64,000 nt of DNA, taken from positions 24,545 through 88,544 of the forward strand of contig JAQGDQ010000459.1 in assembly GCA_030141605.1 (NCBI GenBank), in the 5' to 3' direction. Source of the DNA: Tubiluchus corallicola (taxonomy: Eukaryota; Animalia; Priapulida). This document shows, one piece after another, positions 38,905 to 53,600 of this stretch. The notes under the pieces were generated by a model that worked only from the letters and a program-made list of their open reading frames with translations, was not told the origin of the DNA and searched no databases. Every line of letters starts with the position of its first letter. Position 1 is the first letter of the stretch. A program made the translations under genes and the position numbers.

Positions 38905-40028
38905 TGCTGCTTTCCAACGCAGGCATTCATTTTGATGTAAAGTAATCTTGGTATTTTCATGTTACTTTTGGTATTTATCAAGAATAAATCATAGAACACA
39001 TGGAGCTGCCCATCTCAACTTGGACCATGCTTGCACTTTACACACATTTGAACTGATTTATTCGTCACGAATTCAATTACTCACTAACCTTTTTCCTGAT
39101 CTGTATTCTGTTATCTGGCAAACCATTTGCTTTGTTGAATACTGTTTGCTTATTGATGATATTGATATAATTACAGTTGTGGTTGGCTTGGCAATTGTGA
39201 AAGTATTATTGTGGTTGATGATTTTTGACGGCAGCTCGACTAACGTTGGCAACACTGATGCAGATATTTGTTGCCATCCAGAAGAACTGAAATTACAAAA
39301 GTAAAATGTGTGTCATTTTCTATTTTCCCTTTTGACTTTTCAAGGATTTTTTCAGATGTGTTTGCTATATTTTTGTTTGATGAGTGCAGTCAAATGACTT
39401 TATTTTCATTAAGTAATAACTATGACAACAATTGTGTTATTTTTTGTTGTTTCTTTGTTAGTGTTTTTGTACCCAAAATGTGCACAGTTTTTGAGCAACG
39501 TTGTAAGAAGTGAGCGCGGAGGTTTTTTTATTGAAGTTGTTAGAATAAAAGTTAGGAAGTAAAATTCGGACAAATGTGATATAATATCAGAATGGATGTA
39601 GCCGTCCGTTTCATTGCTGTATGTTAAAAGGGACGCTAGAATGTTTTCCAGATGCGCATCTCCCTGCGTCCAGATGTGCCCATCTCCGACATTTCTTTCT
39701 CAAGGTTAGCAACATTCTATTTAAATTTAGTATATACCGACTACGAACTAGTCTTACTCGATATAGTTGATGAATTTAGTCATTTTTATGGTATTTAGAA
39801 ACACATCTCGTATTGTAGCTTGAATGTAGTTGTAGTAGCTTATATTTCTGGAACATATCATGCAATAAAAACATGGATGATCACAGCAAATGGTGATTTA
39901 CATAGTAGAAATAATTGGAAACACATTACAAAGGTTGCAAATGGCATGAACTAATGCATTTTTTTATCATCTGTATACTCTCAAAAAGTTTGCATCATAA
40001 TTCTCTTTATGTATCGGAATTTCAGTGC

Positions 40029-40059
<31 letters not shown>

Positions 40060-43000
40060 AAAACACTTAAATATCTGTTTGGTTTTGCATTAATGATCCA
40101 GTGTAAAAATTTTGCTTACAAAAATGAGTAGTATTCTGCTGAATAAATTTGACTTTCATTTCTCTTACTACTTATTACTGTGATTTGGTTATTGCTTGCT
40201 TGAAAATGCTTCGTTGAAAAACTTGTTTGTAATTTTACTCCATGAACAACAAATAAACACAGATAATCTATAACTCTGTTGCTCAGTTGTTTGCTTGATA
40301 CATAAAAACTCTATTTACTCGCAACCAACAGAAATTTGTTATTGTGTCGTCTTATTATTCGGCCAGTGAAGGACTTGATGTCCTAGTTTTCAAATCCTGT
40401 CTTCAGCACGTGTTTATTTCACCCTGGTTTATGAGTTGACCTTGAATTATATCTTGTTTCTTGGAATGACTTGCATTTTTTCTGCAAACGTTAGTCAAAG
40501 TAACTGAGTGACTCTTTCCCTGGTTAATTTCTATGATCTAGTAAGTGCATTCTTGCAATGTTTTGATCTGTATCGTTTACATTTCAGCTGCATATGTTTA
40601 CACAAACATCTGTTTGGCATTATCAATATTGGATTGGTATAGCTAGGTTATTTATAACATATGTACTGGCTATTTTTAAAACTCTGCTGCTTTCAAGAGC
40701 TCACAGAAAAGAGATTTGTAAAAAAAGGACGGTGAAATTGACCATCATTATTCTTATTGCAAAAGAAGTAAAAAAGGTAAAAGAAAGAAGTAAAAAAGCA
40801 GAGTGAAATCAAAAATACAACTGACATTGTAACCAAAGATTAAAAACAAATGGTGAAAAATCAATAGTTAAAACAAGTAAAGAAACATGTCAATAGCTAA
40901 AAATATAAAGGTAAAAAAACAAAGGTAAATTATAGACTGAAAGTAAAAAAACAGGTAACATTAATAACGTAAGAAAAGTAAAATGTTAAAATCACAGGTA
41001 AATATGTAACTGTTAAAATTAAAGAAAACTTGCCAGGTAAAAGAAACACAAGGAATTCAATTCAGTTCAACGTTATAATAGTTAAAATGTTGACATGATT
41101 ATTTTGACATTTCAATGTAACTGAGGAGCAGGGAAAGACCTGTTGGTCGCTTGATCAGCTGCCCCTTATTAAAAATACAAGTTTACTTACAGTAAATTTG
41201 ATATTAGGTTAGCAGAAATGGTATTGTGTATGCTTAATCACTTATTCTGGTCAGATTTTTACAGACTGGAAAAATAGTAAACGACAATTACTTGAAAATT
41301 GAATACAAGGTTACATTTCGATAATAATAATATTTATACTATATTCATAAATTTATGATAGACACAACCGGTAATGTCAAAAAACAAATCGATAAATATA
41401 TCTCATTTCAAACAAAAAGTAAATAAAAAAATAGGATCAAAAGGTAGTTACATGTTACTAATTAAAATTACAAGGCAAAAATTTGATGGGTACAGTAAAG
41501 GTTGGAAATCTATTTTTATTATAGACTAGTGAGTGATTTAAGCAACTGAGTCTGATGTTTTGTTAAAACACTGGAACCCATTGATGTGATGATAATTCAC
41601 ATTTAGCTGTGTTTAGTAAATTAGACGATGTATCATGGACACAGTGTGATAAACTGATATTTTCAATATTGAACTTAGTAAGAAACTAAAAGAATAGCCT
41701 GCAATAATTCAAACTTGATTTCTTAAATTTTTCATCTGAAAAAAGTAGCCAATGTTGTCAGGGTAGAGAGAGAGAGAGAGAGAGAGATTTCTTGTAGCAT
41801 CGAAATTAGGGAGAGATGCATGCATGTAGCTGTAGCAATAAGTTCTATAGGTATATCAAAATTTCGTGTTATCCTACCCGGAATATTAACCACAAATCTA
41901 CTGCTTTCAATTTCCAGTGTTTCAGTATAGTACCATGCAGTGCACCATTGAGTACAATCGTGCAAGAGTGAAACAGAAATTACCTTGCATTACAAAACTT
42001 GACAGTAGATGGCAGCACCTACCTATTTCAGTTTTCGAATACGCTTTTCCAACTTCGACTTCTTTACTCTCCGAAACTGTAACACCTTTTATTTTTTTAG
42101 GTTTTAGAATTTCATCCATAAGGTTTAGAATGTAAAATAATTGCTTTTATGCAAAAAATCTCATTTTAATCGTTGTGTTTATGAATGACATTAGTGTCTG
42201 CTGCCATCTTTGGGCAAACTTACAATTAAATGGACGAGCTAACAGTGTAAGTATAAGTATTGCATGTTATTATGATGAAAAATAGCACACAGTGTACTTC
42301 CATAAACTGTTTTCCAGGGTTGCAGTGCCCGTATAAACTGTTTGTAGAATTACCTGAGATGACAAGGTCAGAACACGTGTGCTGAAAACCTTTCTCTTGA
42401 CGCAACATGTTTTGTCTCAACATTGAAAAACAGCTTTTTAATTAATAAGTGGGATTCTCCCATTATTATAAGTCAATACATCATCACACAGCTTGTCTTG
42501 TAAGATGCTACATTTGTGATATAATTTTTTGTTACCCACTGAACACACAAAGTGCTCTTCCATTGAAGTGCCACACGTCTTGTTTGGGTCTAGCGACTGT
42601 ATCAGTCTTGGCATTTTACTGAAGACGTAATCATATCTACCTTACATAAACGTCTTCAGTTAAAGAGGCCTTAACTTATACGCTGGCATTAGGTGCTATG
42701 CATAATATATTACAGGAAAGTGCTTACGTCACTGCTTAAGTACTTTTACATTTGTTATTGATATTCCATCTTGAAGCGCATGTCAACGATCGTTAGCCAA
42801 ATTCTGTTGAAAACTATTGGGAATAAAATTTACATTTATAGCTATACAAAAGTATAGATAATGAGCACAAATAGTTTATTAAAATTACCAATGAAAAGTT
42901 ACACAAAAACGATTACAAAAATTAATAACAGCAATCAAACATAACGAAATTAACAAAAGAATTTACCATAAATTATTATTGTAAAACGGATAAAAATGTG

Positions 43001-43619
43001 ACTACCATAGACTACAGCCTAAGTATCAATAACTTCTACTAGTGAACGAGTATTGCGTATTGTAAAAATAGACAAATTATTCCTGAACTTAATAAAGCTT
43101 CAAATTTGCTATAATTCATCCTTTATTGGAAACAGATGACAAATAGTAGTAATTCTTCTTCAACCCATTTCTAATAGTTATGTAAAATATAATAATATGT
43201 GTTATAGAAATAAATGATAAAATTCACATCGCAAACATTTATTTATTAAAACAATTTCATCGATACAAGTAAAATTCGAGATAAAATATAACACAAATAA
43301 ATATAAGACTGCAAGTGATATCACATGTTTGCAAATACAAATAATTAAAATTATTGATTAGGATAGGTGCCTATTAAAAACTAAATCTTTGTTTAAATCT
43401 ACAGCTTTGCGTTTTTTTTTAAATTTGCAGGTCATATCGAAGACTAATGTCTTCAGGGAACTTTTGCAGGGAGAAGCATTCAAATCTATTGTGTCCAGAT
43501 TACAATTTTAAATTGTGCTCCTTCGTAATTATTTATATTACTCAATGGTACTCCAGTAATTTTCTGTTAATTTCATTTTCACCTTGAATGACATTGTAGA
43601 TGAGTTTGACGTACAGCAT

Positions 43620-44135
43620 CAGTGGCGGTTCGTGTATAGGTACTGTGGTACTGCAGCACCCCCTGTTTTCATTCATTATTATCGATAATATTTAATGCAA
43701 TAATCTTTTTTCTTTAATTCTTTCTTTATACTTGTGCGGAACCGGAGCACATGAGGGAAGTACAGTTTGCTTCACAGCCCAGGCAGCGTGGTGTTTGACT
43801 GCTGTGCGCATGCGGCCATGCGCACATGTCTGATATAAGACGCTGTACTTTTGGTAGAAAAAGTGCTGTCGCTACTGCAGTACGTGTTGTTAGTTGTCAC
43901 GTGCTTCAAAGCCGTGTATCGGCATATTCTTGAAATGCGACAATTTAGGCTATTTGTAAGCAAACAATATTTTTTGTTTAGGATTTTATCAAGGTTATGT
44001 TTAAATTTGCTTGTTTGTTTAATATTACAACAATATAATTACATGTTTGTTTCGTTTTACACAGTATTAAAACAATGGCTAAAAAAATTTTCAATTTTGC
44101 AGCACCCCACTAATTTTAGCTACGAGCCGCCACTG
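43620..44135. mobile_element. hAT-like MITE
   Basis: TIR CAGTGGCGGTTCGT ... ACGAGCCGCCACTG; partial TSD (AGCAT). Confidence 0.75.
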
Positions 44136-44559
44136 CGTAGCATAGATTTATTAAAAGCTTTCAGTAATCAGTCAGAGCATAGATACCACGTACAAATAAT
44201 TTTATATCTCACATGATTTCTGACGGTTTTCAAGAGCAGCTGGAATCAAATTTTACAAAAGTATCATTTTAAATCAAAATACTAACTGCTCTCACATAAC
44301 GTATTCTAGAGGCAGCATTCTGTTGGCGAAAAAGACAAGCTACATGTTAGCGCCATCTATAGGTGAAAATCGCAGTCACAGACATCCTGACACAATGACT
44401 AGTTTCATTATTAAGTTTTAGCAGTTGCAGATTTTATTGAAGGCAGTCTAGGCACACATAGTGTGTATGGTCCTCTAATACAGCCGTGAGAATGAAAATT
44501 CTGTTCTGGGTTTAGTGCTGGTGTGGTCTACTTTATAGACTGAGTCAGTCAGTAGCTAT

Positions 44560-44616
44560 TCACTCCCTGCAAAGATTCTGCAGTAATATATCCGAGTAAG
44601 CTTGGTTAACGTAGCC
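44560..44616 (-). CDS. CPED1: CPED1-like terminal exon
   Basis: ttttcag|GYVNQAYSDILLQNLCRE*. Confidence 0.85.
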   Translation of the reverse strand, partial: GYVNQAYSDILLQNLCRE

Positions 44617-47600
44617 CTGAAAAGTAAAATGATCAATAACACATTAGTATATTAAACTTAATACTTTATTAAGACAAAATCAAATTTAATACGAAATTAT
44701 TATTATCATGTGCTAGCGTGTCTCCTTTCACTTTTTAACAAAATCATTGACCACTGACCATCGACCACTGTCATGAATAAACCATTCGAGATAGTCACTG
44801 ACGCTTATTCTAGACCTTTATACTTGGAAACTGCACAGATTGTGAATTCGTGACTTCGTATTGGCTTCGAGGTTTATTTCCAAAGCAATGAAACCCTTTA
44901 TTCAGAACCTACTCACGCCCGAAGCTGATCACTCTAAATCTCTCCTCAAAAGCACGGTTTACTAAGTTTTAGGCCTACTTATATAATCCTTATGCATGCA
45001 CAAAGAGCCTACTCAAACTCCAAAATATTTAATTGTTTTCTATCATCAATTTGCCACACAGTAGGGGTCACTTAGCCATTCACCCACTTCGCCACTCGTA
45101 CTGAAGTATTACATTCGATACTTTCCACACTCGAACAATTTTTCAAACAATGTTCACACTGGGAGAGTTTATTTGTTTTTAATGTAAAGTTAATGTAATT
45201 GTACACTTGGCCTACTGCCTGCAGCTCATAGGCACAGATCACCAAGCTTTTCGCTGAATCTTGACACCTCTTCAAGACAACAGACCCTCTTGTAAGGCGA
45301 GCCGCTAGGATGAGCATGTGAAAAATGCTCATTTTTTCAGAAGTTTGTGGGAGAGACATCGGCCTGGTTCTTAATTTGTTGATTAGAATTAAACAAATAC
45401 GTGGGAATGTATATAGTCTAATTTGTTTTTATAGAAAAAGGTGCATAACGCTTAAGTTTACGAGTTGTTAATTAAAATGGTTTGGTGCTATTGAAATATA
45501 TAATTTAGATTAATTCTTGACTTTTAATAAAAACCGCACAACTATTTGATTAAAAGAGTGGCCACCCAGAATATAATTTATTGCAACTTACATGATTTGA
45601 CGCATTTACATTGTTACTTTCTATCACAGCAGGACAACCAAATATAGATAATTATTCACTTTCACATAGTTAATACAATAAACACAGAGTACTAATCCTA
45701 GATATATAACGCGCAAATCAGCACATAACTATAAAAAAAAACTATTGAAAAGAGGAAAAAATAACATAACGAATTAGGCGGATCATATGTTTGATATGTT
45801 TGATCATACGTTTGCTTGTAAGAATAGCAAGCGTCAAATGGTCACCTGTACAAGGGTGACGAAGGAATTTATAACTTCAGATAGATCAGGATTAGAATCA
45901 ACAACATCAGAAAACATTGACCAAAAAGTTTGCCATTCAAGTATGTTCCCGTTAAATGGTTTAATCTCAAGTTTAGGAATTCTACTATAAGCATGCGGTG
46001 AACTGAATGATGACTGATGAAATGGAGTTGGTGAACATGGGTGAACAATCTTACAGGTTGAGTAAACATGGCTAGATCTAAAACATTCTGTTGCAGTTTG
46101 TTCTCAAAGATTCGCAAAAATACTTGCATTGTGGTTGACCTCCTTGTGGAAGTGGCAGGCACAAGGACCACTGTCGAACTGTTGAAACATTGGTGCAGTG
46201 ACGTTAAAGTAGTTGACGGTTTCAATTCCAAGCTTTCTTGCATAAATTTGGACGAGTTGATTTCGTTTCCATACATTCTCAGCATTTAACTAAAGAGAAA
46301 AAATAAGAAGGGAAGCATTGTTGCGGTTTGCTAGTCACGGTGATAACAACAATAAGTCTTTACGTAATCACAACATGACTGGACATTAAAATGTAGTTTA
46401 GACGTTGCTGATAACCATATCATATTTAAAAACTGGCGAAAAGCTCTGTACAGGCAAAAATAAGCTGTATTAGTGTTGGCGCGACGTCACTGGTATCTCT
46501 AGTGCATTCAACAACGCATGCACGTGACGTCACTGGTATCTCTGACGCATTCAACAACGCATGCACGTGACGTCACTGGTATCTCTGGTGCATTCAACAG
46601 TGCATGCGCGTGACGTCACTGGTATTTCTAGTGCATTGAACAACGCATGCACGTGACGTCACTGGTATCTCTAGTGCATTCAACAGTGCATGCGCGTGAC
46701 GTCACTGGTATCTCTAGTGCATTCAACAACGCATGCACGTGACGTCACTGGTATCTCTGGTGCATTCAACAACGCATGCACGTGACGTCACTGGTATCTC
46801 TGGTGCATTCAACAACGCATACACGTGACGTCACTGGTATCTCTAACGCATGCACGTGACGTCACTGGTATCTCTAGTGCATTCAACAATATGCGCGATA
46901 AAACACAAATCAAAATGCTACTGCAGCAGAGTATTTCTTTCTGTATTTGCACAAATGACATCAGACTGCATATTACAAACGACCAAAAAAATTTCAAAGT
47001 ACACCAAGCAGGACATCAATAAAAGGTGTATGAAAAAAACAAACAACCCTAACCCTAAAAACATACCAGTGTTGCTCCTGCGAACATTGATGGGTGATGA
47101 AAAGCCGAATTGTCCAGTTTCACTATAACCCTTACATTTGCCAAACCAGCCCTGCAATAAAAATAATCAACAAATTAAATAATTAATTAACCATTACATT
47201 AATTATACGAATTATAATTTCGTCGTCAATATTAATAGGTAAAATGAGATTTATAACCTGTGTAATTTATTTAGGAACCATTTTAAATATTTCACGTCCA
47301 TCCAGTGGGCTCCTCCAAAGACAAACACTGTACTGCTATCGTCTCTAATTGAAGATGCTCTAAAAATGCAAGAATAACTATTAACGTATTATGCAGATTA
47401 AATGAGCACGAGACTACGTGGAGGTTCGCGTGCTAGTGTCGTTAGTGTGTCATTAGCAACCAAAACATGAGTAGGCTAAAATTTCACGTCATTTGAAAAG
47501 TGGACATTAAAGTCAGAGTAAAAGATACAAGTGACGAAGACAAGTTGCTTTTTTGGTTGCTTAACAGGGAAGTTTATTTCTGTGATCAGAATTTTGTTGT

Positions 47601-50600
47601 TAGCAAAGCTTCATTTACAGACGTCGTGTTTATATATATTTAAAAAATTAAGTACCGTAAAACGGGGTGAGTTCGCCACTTTTTAGGGGTATTTTTTTAC
47701 GTTTCCTGCCATAGCAAGAGAATTACCAAACCAATTTTCTTAGTTCAAGCTTTATATTGCCTTTCGAATGAAACACTATCGTGGGGTGAATTCGCCATTA
47801 ACGATTTTACACTCTTTAATGCCATTCTAGGCAGCTGAAGTTAACTGGTTGTGATTGGCTGGTTGGGGGTGAGTTCGCCACCCTATGAAAAAATTATGAA
47901 AAATGTCTAGTTTTAGTTTTCAAATAGAAACTTCTACGTTGGCAAGGAAGGCTTGAACGTCTTGTGCACTGATCTTTTCGCGGGCGCCCTTGATGTTGCC
48001 AGCCGCTCTGAAAACCAGATTGTTCCTTCGGGCGAATGATTTGACAAAGTCTATTCCAGGGTGTTTGCCTTGAATCGTCGTTCCCGGATTCCCTTCGCGT
48101 CAAGAACACTCTTAATCAGTAGTCGGAGATCGATGGCAGTCATTGGGAACTCCCATTCAGCGGCCACTTGGAGTGTTGGCGATTTCGTGCTCCTCGGCGG
48201 CGGAGAACACTGGCTGACCTCCGGTCTTCAGCGGATGACTACCTGAGAGTTTGTCAGAAAGGGTCTTTCTTGGAACTCCGAATTGCCTCGCCGCTGCGCT
48301 GATTGTCCTGTTGGTATTCTTGACGGCATGTAGGGCAGCTTCCAGAGCTTCTGGGGTATAATATTGTTATCTATGACCCGGTACAGGGGTGTAGGTGCGT
48401 GGCATGTTAAGTAGCAAGAAATAGTAGACAAATAATATGTAGCGCAGAATGGAGTACTTCTAGAGCGAATTGAAAAAAGATAACTGTCGCAAACTGTTTA
48501 TAATGACGGTGATCATGATATCTGTTCATTAAACACTGAACAATAGTTACAGCAAACCTACAATGGCCCTTACGTAAGGGGTGGCGAACTCACCCTCGGG
48601 TGGCGAACTCACCCCGTTTTACGGTATATTTTCATCGTGAAAATCCAGTCAATTAAATATTCGATATTAAACATCATCAACATCACCGCCATCATCATCA
48701 TTATCGTCATTGTCAGCATAGTCATCACCATCGCGGTCATCACATCATCATCATTGTTATCATCATTATTATGATCATCGTCATCATTATCACTGTCATC
48801 TTCATCATCATCACCATCTCTCATCAACCGCCATCGTCATCATAATCATCATCGTCATCTCCAGCTTCATCATCATCAATCGTTGTCGTCATCGTAATCA
48901 TCATCGTCATCTCCATTATCATCATCATCATCATCAACAATCGTTATTGCCATCGTAATCATCATCGTCGTCATCATCACCGCCATTGTTAATCCCGTGA
49001 TGTCATGGTTAGCAGTTAATTAAGAATCCAATGCTGAAGGGCAGCTCGTTTTAAGATACTGTAATCCTCATCATTGAGACACAGAGCCAAGAGACATATC
49101 TTTAGCCACATTCTGAGACAATTATATATGATCTTAATGGCATCAATAGCTAGGGTAGCATTGTAGACCAAGACGTTATACAGTCACCCATCCACCTTCT
49201 AATCAAACTCGCCGTTGCTTTTAACTTTTTTAGATTTAGATCTTGGATGTATTTCTAAACTGAAATAGATACATACGTATTAAGGAGGTCACTAAATGCC
49301 GTAGACGCTTCCTTCCATGGCCGCGGGTGGCGCTTGTATAAAGGACTATAAAAATCATTGAAATATCGAAAGGAAAGGATGGCTCCCGTTTTGAATTTGA
49401 TTACAACAGGTAGACTTTTGTCAGATTTGTTGAATCTTTCCTCTATCCCGGCTTTTTCAAGGATGTAATTCATACTTTCTCTTAGGGTAGAATCACCAAG
49501 TATAAAAATCTGCAATAAAAAATAATGCAGGTAAACGATTTTCCACAAGGATGGCAACAACTACAACAACAACGGCAACTTTGGCTAAAGAACTTGATTA
49601 TTTCAAAACACCTGATCAACAGAACAATCTGTCCGCTAGTCCTGCTGTAATTCACCTTTTCGTTTTACTGTTGCCAAAAAACATGCTGTGATATACAGAC
49701 GCAGAGTCTGATTAAAGACTTACCTGTTTTTTTGTCAAACACTTTGATGTAGCCGCCAGTGAAGGTTTTCGAATTCTACACCTGTAGGGTTGCCATACGG
49801 CTTCGCGCCAGTGACAAGACTTCTCCTCGTAACAGGAACGGCAGGGCACTAACCATTCTCCTGATTCGTGTCCGTTCTTACATGGCTGTAGTTTGCTCGC
49901 CAACCGCTGAGTGTCGCTCCAATCGGAGAAGAAAGTAGTTTGCAAACCGCATGGTGTAGTCGGGTCAAAAACATAGTTACAGTCCTACAGAAACAATTGT
50001 AGAATAGAATTGGTAAAATTTAATATGAACAGCAGAAAAAATGATTGTTTGCAACGGTGTTATACGTTTCACTAAATGTTTAGGGTAAAGTTTACAATTC
50101 CCCAAACGCAAGAAATAAGTTTGTGAAGCGGATTAGGATCTGGATTAAAATTAGGGTTAGGTTGGGTTAGAGTTAGAGTTAGGGTTGGGTAAGGGTTAGG
50201 GTTGGAACTACGTTAGGGTTAGGGTATTTGAATTGTGTGCGGAATTGTAAACCTTGTAATGTTTGTAATTTATGTAGTGTTCATCATCAGAGAAGAGGAG
50301 ACGAGAAGAGATGAGATGAGATGAGATATGAGAAGAGAAGAGAAAAGAAGAGAAGAGAAGAGGAGAAAGATCAGTGTCATGAAAACTATAGACCACTGCC
50401 TAATGCACTCAACAGACATTGATCAAATGTGATGATAAGGTTTGATAAAAACAACTTTTTAGTTTCAGCATCCATACAAACATCTAAACATCTAAAGTAA
50501 ACGCATTAGATTAGCCAACAAAAGCGTTTTTTCTAAAAGATGTTTGTCAAAAGTACGAGTTATTGAACACCAGTCACTGTGTTGTTTTAGGAAAGTTTAG

Positions 50601-53600
50601 TTTGATGAATTCAAGACGGCTTGATACTATCAAACTTTGTTTGTCAAACTAAAATTGATAAACTAATTTGACGAATAAACCTGATAGTCTAAACGGGTCT
50701 ATGTTTGTCAAAAGTACAAGTAACTGAGCACCAGTCACGGTGTCATTATTAGGAAATATTGTATTTATTGGTAAATTGTAAAATGTTGAAAAATGCTGGT
50801 GCATGGACTGAACATTAAATGCTTATTGAATGACGTCCTGTCGTTTGACGTCTTCAATGACGTCAATAGGTTAAGCAATGACGTCATGTGAATTAGCTTT
50901 CAATGTTTACCTGTTTTAAACTGCATACTTCGTGAAAAGTAGGACTAGTGTTAGACGTTGGTTCAGTGAAATAGCCTTCTCTGTACTGTTTTATCAGGTA
51001 ATGTGACTTTGATCCAGGAACACGTAAATGCAGCGAGAAAGATCCAACAACGACTGTTTGAAATTGAGGCCTGTAATAGCAGTTTTCTCATTAGATTCTT
51101 TAGCTGGAAATACAAAACTAATAGCATCAGCAGAAAGTTATGAACTGCAAGAGCGTTCAGTCTAGCAAGAAAATACAAAGGCGTTAAAGCACTGTCAAAT
51201 TAAACGAAAGAAACACGATTTAAGGCCGATATTGAAGTTTTTTAACGCATTGCTATGATTATTCATAGTTATTACTGAACAAAAGAGACTTACAAGTTAA
51301 ATAATTTACATTTTCTGGCGAATTTCGAACGCGTGCGTTGTCGTAAAGATCGCCATGTTTCGCGTCTTTGGCGCGAGTGAGCGAAAATGACGTACGAGGA
51401 ACAGAAAGCGTCTTTGGTTACCGATGTTTGTCTAACGATCTTTGGTGACCTCGTGACTGCACTCATTGCGTCATTCGTCTCACGCGATGAAAAATGGCAG
51501 TTCTTCAAATTGAATACTGCTAACAGCGAAGTAACAAAACATCAAAAGGAACAAGTTTTACAGTAAGTTTATAATAAAATAAATTGAATATTCGTAATTT
51601 TAAATTGTAAAGCTTATATTATAGCGAGGGTTTAGTTTGACTTTAATAATGCAATAAAAAGTGCACAATGTTACAAACACGGGAGCAAAATGGTGTGACC
51701 GTTGTATAAACGTCTGAATTTATGGTTTTACATGTGCAAAAATGCTTCAGATGTGGGGATGGAGAGCTAAGAGATGAACTAAAAGTGTTCTGGCAGGCAT
51801 TGAGAAGACTGAGGTTCTAGCTCTCTGCCCCCCTTCTCGAAAACGTTTCGTGTTTTTTAACACACTTTGGCACACTGGAAGCGCGAATTCAGCATTATTA
51901 GCAGGGCCCATTCATCACAATATATGTGATAGTACCAGAGAATACGACTCGTTGTTAAAAGAAAGGACAACTCGTTTAATATGTTGTGTTTATTTTATCA
52001 TTATCCCTTAAACTCCTTAAACTTAGAAAAATATTCCAAAGAAATTTGCCAAAAAAAACTGTCTACAAAGCATAAAGTTAATTTGTACTACTGCTGTAGA
52101 GAGACTTCCAGGCACAGTGATAGCCGCCATTGACTTGAAAATTATGACGTAACTGGTGGACTTCCGGACTTTTCGTAAGCGCATCATGGCTTTCCACAAG
52201 CGCGCACTTCTTGAAGAAATGTAAACTTTTACAACTTAATCTTCATGTAAAAATATCACAGAATTAGCTATCTAGTAATTGCAAAAAAGCTATTATACTT
52301 AGGACACATTGACATTGCGCTAGTTTTCTACAGTGGATAAATGACGTCATTGGTGGAAGAATGGATATTAAAAATGGGAGCACACAAGCATGAAATGATC
52401 GCGAATTTAAAGTGATTTTAAACTAATTACACGAGGCGCTTATCACGCTTTTATTACTAAATCCTTCTAACATTTTTCACAAACATTGAAGTAAACCCGT
52501 CTAGTTGCAAAGACCTCAGCAAATTTTCAATGTTTAAGCAAAAGTTTTTATAAGGAAAAAGTAAAGAGTGAGCAAAACGTTAGTTTTGTGAATAGAAAAA
52601 CCCAAAGATAAATAAAATGAACCCATCAAGGCCTACACCATTCTCAACTTCGGCAGCTCAGCGCTCCACCTTTGTTTACTGTAACACGTGTATTTTAATA
52701 TGAATGCACTCCATGTTCTGAGGACTAGAATTTATATAACTAATTCATTAGTGATAGGAGGTATATACCTTGAAGGGGTTGAAGTTGTAGTTATCGGGTT
52801 TTTAATGCAGAATTTCACAGATAAGAAGCCCGTGGAAATAAATAAATAAATCACAATTGAACAACACACCTACATAAAACATGTTATTCACTTTGAAAGC
52901 TCGAATGGTCGCATCCTATGTATTTCAGGTAGATCTACATAGTTACTGTTTAAATTGAGCTCATAGCTAAATCATTATTTATCTTTCATCTTTATTATCA
53001 TTATTTCATCTTTGATTAGCATAAATTACCCTGTTGTTTCAGCATCACAGTGTTTAGGAATGGCAAGTATTTGAATGAGTGACTGAGACGAGTTCAGGTG
53101 TAAGCTGTACTTCTTTATCTCGGGAGAAAAATCTGGCTTCATTTCACCTGGATACACGTGAAGAGCTGAGAGAAGATTTCCATCCGAAGATTCTGCAAAA
53201 AAATTACGATTATTGTTTTCCATAATGATTTTGAAATTTGAGTTGTGTGAGTAATGGTGTAGAACTTTAAGCCGTTAATTTTATAAGATAGTTATTATTA
53301 GTCAAACAAACAGGTAGACAGACAGACAGATAGACAGACAGACAGACAGATAGACAGACAGACAAACAGAAGCAGATAGACTGACAGACAGTCAGTCAGT
53401 GAGTCAGACAGCTAAACAAACAGCAGACAGACACAGGCATATAATAATAAATCTAATATATTCTCCATTTGCAGAAGTACAATACATTATGTACACAAAA
53501 ATATACTTCATGCATAATATATGAAATATAGCTACAGTTATCACAGTTAATTACATATATTCAATAGTGTGCATGAAAGTTATCTGTGTTTTTCAATAAA

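Noticed and set aside
48609-48827. Asp/Met-rich ORF and similar low-complexity ORFs at 54189-54568, 58562-58768 and 61354-61825
   Set aside because: Mostly translations of simple or tandem repeats.
50150-50225. Interstitial telomere or chromosome-fusion scar
   Set aside because: Short, degenerate and single orientation; more likely part of a repeat element.
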